Shown: positions 26,007-38,062 of the stretch, piece by piece
Layout: every line of letters begins with the position of its first letter
How positions within the stretch are numbered: the stretch's first letter is position 1
Source: Atractiella rhizophila
Taxonomy: Eukaryota
Length of the DNA: 64,000 nucleotides
Direction of reading: 5' to 3'
Assembly (NCBI GenBank): GCA_021432655.1
Contig: MU271272.1
Location: 1-64,000 of the forward strand
Program-made: the position numbers and the translations under genes
The notes under the pieces: generated by a model
What the model was told of the DNA's origin: nothing
The model's input: the letters and a program-made list of their open reading frames with translations, nothing else
Databases searched by the model: none

Positions 26007-28313
26007 TTAATCGTTTCTGCCCTTTCTGCCCCGTTCTTCTTCTTCTAACTCTTCCTTCCCATCCTCCATCCCACTCTTCTCAACCGGCTGTAGCTCCAAT
26101 GTCTGTTCAAGAATTTGCAATACCCGCCTGTCCGAAACCTCAATGACCACAAATCCCTCCCGCCGTGACCTCCTTGAATTTGCCGTTCCAGGTCTAGAAG
26201 TCGATTGCGACTTCTTCTTCTCCCTTTCGAACTCAGAGTAGGTAATCGACATGTAAAACTTGATAGTTTTCATCTCTCCTCGCTTCGCTGCTGGTTTGGT
26301 AGTTGAGACCGTGCGTGTCCTTGATGCCAATGGAGGGGAGGAACTGCTACGTTGAGCGTTGGGACGTGTTAGATCCGAAGGGCCCATGAGAGCCATGATA
26401 AGTGCGTTCGTAGCCTTTGAAGAGCGGAACATGGCCTCTTCTTCCTCCATCGCAGCAACACAAGCAAGATAAATCGTTGATTCATCCTCCTTGTCTTCCG
26501 GAGATGTTCGAGAGGGGAGTACATGATAAAGGATCCCATGGCAGCGCAAGCTGTATTTGATGAAGGAGAAGACACGATCGAAGGGGTGACCAGAGCGATT
26601 TTTTAGGAGGATCTGAAGGGGAAGAGGTTTCCCCCTTCTCGAAGACGGAGAAGTCGGACTATACAAGAATGGAGATCTCATCCCTTCGCTCACGCTAGGA
26701 GAAGATGACAAGGAAACACCGTCCATAGACACATTAGGGTCTAACTCGAGTTCGAGGACTCTGTCGTCTCTGGAAATAGGAGACACAAGCTTCAGGTCCA
26801 GGGAGAATTGAAGCTGAGACTTCAAAAAGCTCTTCGTCTTGAACCTCCTCTCCTCCGTCTTTAAGACGTCGATTTCCTCTTGTATCTTCTCCTCGAAATC
26901 GAGCGGGATCTGGAAACGCTGAAAGTAGGACAGTCGAGCGTCTCCATCCATATCAAGAAAATTAGACAAAATTTCCCGCAGAATGTCATCGTCCACATCA
27001 ATTAGAGCGGAGAGCACTTTGTGTGACATATTGGCGAGAGAGGTGTGTGCAGAGCCGATCGGATATCGCTTACCAACCATGCAACGGAGGAGCGAGAGAC
27101 CGATGCACCAAACATCGATTTCGGGGCCCTATTGCTTCGATACTCAACTGAGAACTACAAGCAAGCTAACGAATCACGCACCCAGTAAGGATTCATGCCT
27201 TGGCTCTTAAGGCCAGCCCAAATTTCAGGCGAATGGAAAGCTGGGGATCTAAGTAAAGCCATCCGTTCAGAATACATCTCACGAAAGATTAGGGATACGA
27301 ACCCGCAACAGGTCGACAGCTTTTTCTTGCTTTTCGAATAATGAGTTGCGAGTCCGAAATCAAGGAGGACCACTCTGAGGGATTTAGGATGTATGAGAAT
27401 GTTCTCAGGCTTGATGTCCCGGTGACAGACAGAGATAGGAGAGTGGAGGGCGTTCTTGACGACGTGGGTGAGTTGGAAAAGGACACTGTAGGCGATCGAT
27501 GTGGGAATGGTGTTGGAAGGATAGCGAGCACAGAATGCTTCCAGCGTCAAGTATCCATTCAGGTACTCCTCTAAAATTGGTGTAAACTAAAGATCTAGAG
27601 AGAACGGTCAAATACACACCGACAAGGTAGAAATGTCCAGGAGTTCGAATCGTCTCGAAAACGCGAATGAGGTTTGGGTGCTGTGGAAGCTCAGCCAAGA
27701 CGTCAGGTTCTCGTAGAAGTCGCGTTGCAATCAAAGGATGGTGGGGATGCAAAGGTGTATGCTTGATGGCGTACTAGATAGGAAGGATATAAGCTTTCTC
27801 AGCAGTGTCCTGAGAAGACTCGTGCCAAACCTTTTGCCCATTTTTTATCGCCAGTCGAACTTCGCTGAACTTTCCCTTTCCAACCAATCCATCCGGCCGT
27901 TTTCCATCCCTGACAGGGACGAAGGTATAATCGCCAATACCACCGTATCCTGATTTGCTAAGCAACAAGCCGTCCAGTTCTTCCAACGTCGTCGTTGACA
28001 AAGGCTCTTCTACCTGCCAAGAGATGATGTCCTCCGCTGTTGCTGCATCACAAACGAAAGTCTGCTTCGCCCCTCGAGAGGTGTAACTAGCCGAATTGAT
28101 GGATCCACTCCGGCTCCGACTGGTAGTCGTCAAAGGCAGAACTTCGATCGTCGGCCTCGACTTTCCCAAGTTGCCTGAGACGTGACGCGGTCTCGAGCAG
28201 CCATCTCGACGAGAAACATTATACCCCCGAGGCATCATATTCTCCATAGTCTCTCTTGATGTCGAAGCCCTTGGAGGGAGTTCAGCGAGGGAGGATTCGA
28301 GGGATTTTGACAT
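26007..28313 (-). CDS. Ser/Thr protein kinase (CAMK-like)
   Basis: VGKGKFSEV, HPNLIRVFE, HRDIKPENIL, DFG, CCG|SPAFHSPE, DVWCIG. Confidence 0.9.
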
Positions 28314-28636
28314 GTTGACGATAACTTGTCACCGTGACCAGAGCGTGTTTCGCTGCGCGATTATTCCCTTTCCGTGCTCTCTTTTCGCTAGCCCAGTGGT
28401 TCGTGAGTATGTTGAGTCGTTTATAGCGTTAAATAGGCGCCCAAGGTGGCAGAAGTGAAAAAATCGTACAAAGAAAAGAGGAAGCTGAAGTCGTCAACGG
28501 ATCCTGGATAAATTACGCGCAAATAGAGTTTGTGACTGGGATCCCGTGAATTCGTGACCCTGACCCTAAAAGCTCGGCGACTCAAAACAACCGTGGAACG
28601 TGCCTCCTGTTGAGCAGACATTTTCTGAGCTTCACA

Positions 28637-29201
28637 ATGTCTACTCAGCCTCTTCTTCAGCGTCAAAATAATAAGCGTATCGCTCTCCCAGTCCGTGTGG
28701 AACCAAAAGGTGATTTTGTCTGTCGTAGAGTGGAGTTGCTGACACTTGGACCAGTTTTCTTTGCAAATGAGCGCACTTATCTTTCATGGCTTAATTTTTC
28801 TGTCATTTTAGGAGGTTCTAAACCGCCTTTTATTCGACGATACAATGCTGAAAGGTTCTTTGGCTCAGGTCTGGCAGTGGGGCTCTTAAACTTTGGAGAC
28901 AAAGTCGGAAAGATCAGCGCCGCTCTCTTCGGTATCATTGCTATGGCCATAATGGTTTATGCGTGCGTCCTCTTTTATTTGGAAAGGTTTGGGTACAAAC
29001 TGTGAAGCAGGTTGGTTACGTATCACTGGAGAGCAAATGCCATCCGGAAACGTGGTTCAGGACCATATGATGATCGGTTTGGACCTACGATCCTTTGCAT
29101 TGCTTTGATTGGTACGTCTCCCTCCTCCTTCTCTAGCAAGTAGAGTTGAAGAAAGGTCAGCTGCTGTCATCACCAACTTCGCCCTTAGATTCAACGCATG
29201 A
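28637..29201 (+). CDS. VTC1: Vacuolar transporter chaperone 1 (polyphosphate polymerase complex)
   Basis: [59 protein letters not shown]; 4 introns. Confidence 0.95.
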
Positions 29202-29838
29202 ACATCCCACGCAGCATCCTAGGAATCCGCAAAGCAACGACCTGAGACGATTCCCTTTGGTGCCTCAAAATGGGGATTCCTTGTATTTATTCCCCCTGAT
29301 TGCCCCTTGGCTGTCGGATATTATGGACTTGCATTTTGTACCCACGTCCCTGCATTTCTTTCCAAGATTCGCTTTAGTGGAATCAAATGTCTGTTGTACT
29401 GCTCTGGGCAGATTCGCCACAATCAATTGCATTGCAGCGTTGTGTTGCAGTAACGAATAGAAAAGCTTAAGTATCACGCCTTCTTCATCGAATGGTGGGT
29501 CTATTCTCGAACGGTCGATTGAAACCCATTTGTCAACAACGTGTACACAGCTGGAATTGTTCTGTGTGAAGACATAACTAACCAAGATCATTGTAGACGG
29601 CTTTTTGGGTGTAAGATGTGAGATCACATCACCAGGAGAGGTCCCACAGAGTTTACGTAACAGGGTTCTCCTATGGGTAGGACAAGGTGGTATAAAGGTT
29701 CAAGTTCGTTCCCTCCCACTTCTCAAGAAATCATCCCAGACGTTCACAGAAGTGCCTCAATTCCGTTGTATCCCAGGCTTGTATCCCACCTCTCACCAAA
29801 CTGCCTTGCTTTGAGCAACCAAGGTGCTTTCGTGTAAT

Positions 29839-30945
29839 ATGAATTCTGACGACATCACTCTCCCCATTTGCCAGACTTGTGGAACCCAGGTACCTTCAAC
29901 TTACGACATATCTAGCTGTTATATCTGTACAGATGGGAGGCAATTTGTCGGCAACCGAGGCAAGCAAGTGTGGACAACCTGGACTGAGTACGAAAGCAGG
30001 AACATCACTCACGACCTAGTGCCAGATGAATGGGATCCGAGGATTGTGAGGGTTATCGCCAGCCAAAGGGTGGCGATTGGGCAGACTCGTAAGCTTGCTC
30101 AATGTTCAACAATTCAAGTATTAACGAAAGGATAGCCATAATCGTGAAAGGAAAAACTGGCACCATCATCTGGGACTGCACCAGTTACATCTCGCTGCCT
30201 ACATTGCAGAAAATTAAGGAAGAATATCCAAATTTGCTGGGAATATTCATTTCTCATCCTCATTTCTTCAGCTCTAGCGTGACCATTGCGCGTTATCTGG
30301 GATGCAAAGTGTACATCAGCAAGGTTGACCAAGAGTGGTTTGCGCGCAAGGACGCGGTTGGCGATGTGGTCCAGCTGGTTGAAGAGCAGTATTGGAAGGT
30401 GAATGATGAGTTCACAATGGTCCGCTGTGGGGGTATGTCTCTCCATTCGAAGGCAAAAGGAAAACTAAGAGAATATCAGGTCATTTCCCGGGGTAAGCAT
30501 AATGATGCCCGCATGTGCAAGACATGACCATATTTCGGCGGAAAGGTCATCTGTGATGCTATGGGACCGCTCAAAATGCCCTTCAGAATCGCTCCCGCAT
30601 TCAGGAATTATCTTTGTAGGTGACACCGTGATGGTATGCCCCAATCTGCAACAGTTAAGCTTCATGTGGAGTTATCCTAACATGGTTCGCATTCCTGTTC
30701 CGTCCACCCAGGTCGTCTCTGAGTAAATTCTCAGCTTCCTCTTCCACCGAAAGAAGTCCACGGTGTCTGGCGTGCCCTCTCTCGCATCGATTTTGAAGCA
30801 ATCTACGTTGCTTGGCCGGGAACAGAGTTACTGGACGGAGGGAAAGAGGATTGCCTATGACAGCGCGAAGAGGTTTATTCAAATGGAGGGTGGAGACGTG
30901 GACAGTTTCGATTGGGATGAACAGGACGAGAAAAGCAAACTTTGA
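29839..30945 (+). CDS. Metallo-beta-lactamase-fold hydrolase with N-terminal CxxC..CxxC
   Basis: ICQTCGTQ, CYICTDGRQFV, IIWDC, ISHPHFFSS, GGHFPG, FMWSYPNM. Confidence 0.8.
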
Positions 30946-31232
30946 TGACGGGAACACTGTACCAATGATTTTTGAGAGGTATCAACAATTGATTTCCTAT
31001 GCGAATTTTACAACAGGTCAGATTGAAACAGTGCAGTTATAAAAATGAAAAACGAGGTAAAACTGCCATGGGCAGGGAGGGACGAAACTAGACGCAAAAG
31101 TGGTAGTGGTTGGTCAGCTAACCAATTCAATAGTGAGACTGACCTAATTTTTCCAACATTGAAATACAACACCAAAACTAGCAGTTGAAGTCATCCCAAA
31201 AGATAAATCCCAAGACCTGACAAAAAGTTGCT

Positions 31233-34200
31233 TCAAGGAGTACCGAACTGCATTGCTGTCGTGGTAGGTAATGGAGGAGGATATTCAGTAGCTGGGCTGG
31301 CCAGCATGTAGGTTCCGCCGCCATTGGGCAACGTTGAGACCGTCGAAACTTTTAATGTCGGCGTGCTCAGCGGCACAGAAATCGGGACTGGATTGTACTC
31401 AATCGCGATACCCTTCAACGCTGCTTCTCGCTCTTGCGATAGTCGTTGATACGCCATTCGATGGAAAGTGTTCATGGATTGTATGAACTTCCGCCCCGTC
31501 TATTGGTCACAGTACCTTTCAGCATTCAACGGAGAGTCGAAGGAAAATAACGCACGGGACTACTATTAATGTTATCAAAAAGCTCAACGAAGTTGTTACG
31601 AACGTCCTCGGCGTTGTGGAATAGACCGAATGCTAATGGTAACAACCCTCCCTGATGGGAAGGTGTCATCGACAGTAGCTAGAAGACACGTCAGTCCTGT
31701 ACTCAGACGAAGGGACGGTGCCTACCTCTGTTATTTGGTCATCAGTTCTCGTGTTCTGCGCCAGCGCTCGTGAAATGTATAACGTCTCACTTGGCGGAAG
31801 CTTCCGTCCCAATCGGATCCGCGTGAGTTGGTACCAGACATCAAAGCCTTGGATGGACTTATTCTCAAGGTATTTTGCGAAATCCTTACCGGTTCTCAAC
31901 ATGCTTCCAAAACAGGGGCAAAAAAGACTGACCTCGCGCCAGATACGATAACTCTTGGTTGCCCTCCAACCCTCTATGCGCCCGGCATTAGCTTCCACCT
32001 CCCTGCTCCATGCATTCGCTGTGCTCCCATCGGCAGTGAGAAGACCGCTCCCAAGTGTGTTCTGACCCATCACACCTCTCGACGTATACCCAATAGTCGT
32101 ATTTCCATTCTTTTCCTCCTCGTACTTTGATGCTAACCTTATAATCCTCTGAAGATATTCCGTAAACCGGGCGGCAATGACTTGCTCTCCGAAGTGAGCA
32201 GATATTGCAGTCGTGATCTCATCCATGAAAGCGGCGTCGTACGAGTCCTTCCCGGCCAGATTACCGGTTGCGCTGGGCAGAGGATTACGTCCAATATCAC
32301 CGTCGGTCGAAGAGCCATCATTCGTGGTGGAAGTGCCAGTGGGTAATGTGATATCTTTAGAGATCAGGACTTTGCCAGTATCGATGTTGAAGAGAAGATC
32401 CCATTCTGAGGTATTATATTCGAATATTGGATTCACAACGCCAGCGATGAAGCCAGGGCTGAAGCTTCTCTAAGAATCGACTGTGCAGGGTTAAGAGGGA
32501 TACGTACACATTCTTCAGATAACTTAAACTCTCAAGATTGGCATAGGGGAAACTACGCCCCGTCACCCCCTTCAAGACTGTCCCGCATCCTGAACCTAGC
32601 GCGCAAGCTGCATGTACCATGTTGGCGACTTGACCGGAGCTAGTTTGGTGACCTAAGAAAATTACCCTCTTCTCCGTAATGATAGCATTAAATAGTAGCA
32701 CGATGGGATGAGTATCACGTCCGGAAGAATGAAGGTGAGGGTGAAGCATAGGAGCAGCAGGCGGAGGGGAATTCGCGAACGTTTGTATCAGCTTGATCAA
32801 GAAGTACTATCTCGCTTCTCAGCCATGTTCCAAAGCAAACAGAGGCATAAGCGACTACGCACATCTCCAACCTCCTCATCAAATGTTGCAAGCGGTATTC
32901 GGACAGGAAGTTCAATGCCTCCAAACTTCAGCTTTGACTCAAAGACGTGGGTGTCTTTGGGTTTCTTTTGTGTCCCACTAGTCGCGGTGGCACGAGACTG
33001 GAGAATCGTAATCGGTCTTCCATTGACATGCCCGGCCTTAGAATTGCCAGTTACTGCTCTCAAAACTTCTTGCTCATCTGATTCTGACGAATGATGCGAA
33101 AGATCCGAGAGCGTTCCCACCGACGGTCTCGAGTGATGGCGGTTGATGTGCTGCACGGTAGATGAAGAATCACCGTCGGTCGAAGAGCCATCATTCGTGG
33201 TGGAAGTGCCAGTGGGTAATGTGATATCTTTAGAGATCAGGACTTTGCCAGTATCGATGTTGAAGAGAAGATCCCATTCTGAGGTATTATATTCGAATAT
33301 TGGATTCACAACGCCAGCGATGAAGCCAGGGCTGAAGCTTCTCTAAGAATCGACTGTGCAGGGTTAAGAGGGATACGTACACATTCTTCAGATAACTTAA
33401 ACTCTCAAGATTGGCATAGGGGAAACTACGCCCCGTCACCCCCTTCAAGACTGTCCCGCATCCTGAACCTAGCGCGCAAGCTGCATGTACCATGTTGGCG
33501 ACTTGACCGGAGCTAGTTTGGTGACCTAAGAAAATTACCCTCTTCTCCGTAATGATAGCATTAAATAGTAGCACGATGGGATGAGTATCCCGTCCGGAAG
33601 AATGAAGGTGAGGGTGAAGCATAGGAGCAGCAGGTGGAGGGGAATTCGCGAACGTTTGTATCAGCTTGATCAAGAAGTACTATCTCACTTCTCAGCCATG
33701 TTCCAAAGCAAACAGAGGCATGAGCGGACTACGCACATCTCCAACCTCCTCATCAAATGTTGCAAGCGGTATTCGGACCGGCAGTTCAATGCCTCCAAAC
33801 TTCAGCTTCGACTCAAAAACGTGGGTGTCTTTGGGTTTCTTCTGGGTCCCACTAGTCGCGTTGACACGAGACTGGAGAATCGTAATCGGCCTTCCATTGA
33901 CATGCCCGGCCTTAGAATTGCCAGTTACTGCTCTCAAAACTTCTTGCTCATCTGATTCTGACGAATGATGCGAAAGATCCGAGAGCGTTCCCACCGACGG
34001 TCTCGAATGATGGCGGTTGATGTGCTGCACGGTAGATGAAGAAACGAGGTCTTCTGTGAACGATGCGTCCGACGGCCGATGTTTGAATGGAGGTCGGGAA
34101 GAGGTGCTTTTCAATGAAGCCGTGAGCGAGGTTGAAGATTCTGAACGATGCATTGAGGAGCCGACATCGGCGCCGTTTCCATTTCCTCGGTATACCAGTC

Positions 34201-34933
34201 CAAGTCCAACAGCGGGACCGTAAGGCCCTTCCTCCTGCGCCGAAAACTTTTCTTCGAAGAGATCCCGACGTTCGCTGAACTTCAAGACTATTTTCTCATC
34301 CCGCGACAACTGTGGAAGGGCCGAGACATCCATGCCGTTTATCGCATTATAGAGGGAAGAGAGAACCGATATTGAAGGATTGGAGAAGTAGCTTTCGAGG
34401 GCAAGAAGTAAGATGGGCTGCTCCCTGGTCAGCTTTGCAAAGAAACGACTGGAGAGCTAACCTTCCAGATGTGGATGTAAGGGTAATATGAGCACACTGC
34501 CATGGCTTTATAATTTGCTCCTCTATCATCCCAAAATTCGCATACATCTGAAAAGCACAAAGTAGACGAACCTCTTGATATTTTGATCGGGTTTATTCCG
34601 CATCAAACTAAGGCAATACATGAGCCTGGGATCTCTTTCCCACTCCTCTTTCAAGCTATTAGGACTTTCATCTAGCCTAGAGGGGTCCGACGCCCTGAGT
34701 TGAGTGACGGAATTGAGGTAGAAAACAGTCCAATCTTCGCTTCTGTTCTGCGCTCCCTCAGGCAACATCAGCTCCGCCAGAGTTTGCTCGTTTACGCCGG
34801 TTGGACATGGAAATTGGTGCTCGAGAGTCGTGCCACGATCAACGTCGAATTCTGCGAGCAAAACGAAGGTAGCATGTTGCGTTCCGTGCTGAGGACTGCT
34901 GGAGGACATGGTCGCATCAATCGTCTCATGCAT
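31233..34933 (-). CDS. AFI1: Afi1/MesA polarity-axis protein, with an internal in-frame duplication
   Basis: FVLLAEFDVDRG, LAELMLPEGAQNRSEDWTVFYL; the SPA-domain motif HPHLHSSGRDTHPIVLLFNAIITEKRVIFLG occurs twice. The start could be 34933 or 34909. Confidence 0.82.
32296..34043. repeat. Direct tandem duplication, unit about 873 bp (32296-33169 / 33169-34043)
   Basis: Near-identical copies with scattered substitutions and a 1-nt intronic indel; one A shared at the junction (33169). Confidence 0.95.
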
Positions 34934-35020
34934 CCGTTGCTGCTGCGGAACCGCCTTTCACCTGACTTTTTTTCCGGCCGCTTAGAGACGCGTCGAAATA
35001 CATTAAATCTCCTGCGTCTC

Positions 35021-35595
35021 ATGCAAAACGACGCGATGCAAGCAGATATTCAGAGGCCCTCTCCTGAAAGCCTTACTCCGCCTCGGTATCAAAGTCCTGA
35101 CGAGAGAACGTCTCCTTCAGGCTTAGCGAGCGTGAGCAAACATCGTGTCCTCGTCAACTTGCATGAGAAGTATCAGACTTTCGACACGAACACGTTTTCA
35201 ACAAGATTCCTCACGGAAGAAGAAGAAGAAAAGGTGGCCCTTCAAGGTATGCGTTCCTCAATGCTTTCAGAAAGACGAAATAACGCAGAGGTGTTTGTGG
35301 AGGATAGAATTGATGCAAGAATTCGCTGAGCTCTGCGCCGAATTCTGCACCTGGTTCTCCGTCAGAATAGAGCAGCTGGGTGAAGAAACGTCACAAAGTT
35401 TGGAGGCTAAAGTCACGGAAGTTCAAAAACTAGAACGCGACCAGGGTTCGTTCCTTTCTGTCTCTTCTCTGTAATTGCTCAACTTAAGCGAAACTGTGGA
35501 TAGAGCAGAAACGACTGAGGATGCTCAAAGCCGTTGAGGGCATCACCAAATGCCTGAGACTTTTGCAAGAGCCTTCGATCGTCGAGCGAGCTTGA
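35021..35595 (+). CDS. Small hypothetical coiled-coil protein (3 exons)
   Basis: ATG 35021; GTATGC..TAG and GTTCGT..TAG introns join overlapping ORFs; stop at 35593-35595. Confidence 0.55.
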
Positions 35596-36077
35596 CTAGC
35601 TTCGGTAAAATGGCGGAAGGCTACCCTTTCACTTCTCTTACTTTGCGTTATCGTTCTCCTTTGCACGTACTCACCATTTTTCGTTGGTTTCTGAGTGATT
35701 CTGCTGTTGCTGTTGGGTGAGAGAAAAACTCTGCGTGGTGAGTGTGTACAACCTTTTCCGAGTATCATCAAATCAGTCATGTTATTTTATCGTGTCTTTG
35801 TGGTCGAGTAAAAGCTGAGTAGCATTCTGAATTTGAAGCTTGATGACGGGTCTTGCAAAATTTTATAAACCAAAAGGGACAAGGGGATGATGGCTCCAGT
35901 GCTGTAGTTCGTCACGTGCTACGTATTTGTCGAGAAGGGATCCTGTTTGTTTACCGTACTTATCAAAATATATTGGAATGAGGGCATTTTCTCGATCTAC
36001 CAACATCTTATACGGCATTCGCCGCGCAAAGTGAGGCGTTCCATTGCATCTCTGATGCCTCTGATGGAATGAGCAGC

Positions 36078-37632
36078 ATGTCAACATCCAAGTCGTCCAC
36101 TCCAGTGATCGATGTGCACACTCATGTGCAAGTCTTCCTCAAATCGTGTTGTCTGCTATTGATCGCTCCACCATAGGTATCTACCGCGTTACCTACAGCG
36201 CCTAAGAGCGAGAAATGTTGTCCCTAGAATTACAACCTTCCCGGATGCTCCGAACGACGAGAAGATGCTCATTTTGCCAGGGGAAGAGAAGACTGGGAAA
36301 GGACGACCTCTGACAAAGTGCGTTAAGCTCTTGCAAAAATCATTGCACTGTAGTATTGACAACACTGCAGATTTTATTGGGACAGAGACCTACGACTTCA
36401 ATGGATGGATAAGCACAATATCGACATCTCAGTAAGTTTCAGGTCAACTGGTCTGCTCCTCTAACAAGCATTGTAAAAGGTAATTAGCCTTGCGAACCCG
36501 TGGCTCGATTTCCTCTCTCCTGCTTCAGCCATCGAAGCTTCTCGCGATTTCAACAACGAGATGGAAGAGTTCTGCACATCCGTTTATGAGGACACAGGAA
36601 GGAAAAGGATATTCGGGATGGGTATTCTGCCTCTGATCCCGCTCGAGAACGAGGAAGTGGGATGTAGACGTGAGGATGGCGAAGACGAAATGAGTGTCGA
36701 CACTCTAGTGCAAGAAAACGTCAATGTCGTCGAGAGCATTGCTAGCTCGAAGTATTTAAAGGGTATGCTTCACTTCCTTGACTCTGACCGCAGTAATTGA
36801 ATTGGCGAGTAGGCATCATCCTAGGCACTCAAGGCTTTGGGAAGGGATTGGACGACTCTCGCCTAGTCCCCATCTTCCGAGCACTCGCAGACGCCAACCT
36901 TCCAATCTTCCTCGTCTGTTGCCATATTTTGTGTTTTTAAAGCTAATTACAGAGACAGCACCCCCACTACGGCCTCCCTCCTTCCCTCTTCGGATCCCTA
37001 CCAAACGGCCACGTCTTGCCTCTAGCTCTCGGTTTCCCCGTCGAGACAACCATTTCAATATCGCGCCTCCTCCTCTCAGGAATCTACGATGAACTTCCCC
37101 ACCTCAAAATCATGCTCGCACACTCCGGTGGCGTGCTACCCTATCTTAGTTCAAGATTGAACAGCTGCGTGGAACACGATCCGGTTGTGAGAGGGAGGCT
37201 GAAGCAGAAGGACGTGAGGTCGTACTTGGGGAAGTTGTATTATGATGCGGTGGCCTACGGTTCTGAAGAGTTGGAGTTCCTAGAAAAGGTCATCAAGAGG
37301 GCTGGTAGTGGAGTTTCTGACCAGGAACTGCACCCTACGGAAAGGATACTGTTTGGTGAGTTAAACTCTCACATCCTACTGAACCTAAGGAACTAACGGC
37401 TTCCTTGGCTGGAAAGGGACCGACTGCCCATTCTTTCCCCCACTCGATGCGGATCCTGTAAAGGCCGAATGGACGTCAGTCAAGGAGAACGTAAAAGCGA
37501 TATATGCCACACCCTTCAGCGCAGATCAACACAGAGCAGTAGGCGGTTTCGTCTATTCTCTTAACGTTGTCATGAACAAGGGAGCAGGTACTTGGAGGGA
37601 ACGCCATCAAATTCTTCAACTTGGATCTGTAG
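36078..37632 (+). CDS. Uracil-5-carboxylate (iso-orotate) decarboxylase, amidohydrolase family
   Basis: IDVHTHVY, ISLANPWLDF, GTQGFGKGLDD, HPHYGLP, LALGFPVETT, LAHSGG, FGTDCPFFPP. Confidence 0.85.
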
Positions 37633-38062
37633 AAGACAACCACTTTCGACTTGCAAATGGTAGTACTTGATGGTAGCATCACAGCAAGCACGTTAAAGTG
37701 TTATTGGATACTTTTCAGAATGTTGAAAACAAAGTAAACAGTTCTATAACGAAACACATCGGTGGCCAACAACGAACGATTCAAACAATGTGTCGTGAAG
37801 AGGGGAACAGATGATCAACCAATAGCTTCTGAGTCGTACCACACGCTACGTGTTTCAACTGAGAAAAAGAGAGCTTGAAGGAAGGACAGGGCCAAGTCCT
37901 AGCTGAAAAAGGATCATCAATATCAGTTCGAATAAGCATGGACCAGAAACAAACAACAAAACGAGGCACCGTGCGATACAAGACACTTACGATGACGAGA
38001 GATTACAATGATACACCGAAGGATAGAAAAACTAGAAAAACTTAATGTCGAAAACAGTGCAT

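Noticed and set aside
28555..28570. Telomere-like GACCCTGACCCTAAA
   Set aside because: Only two degenerate units; too short to support a call.
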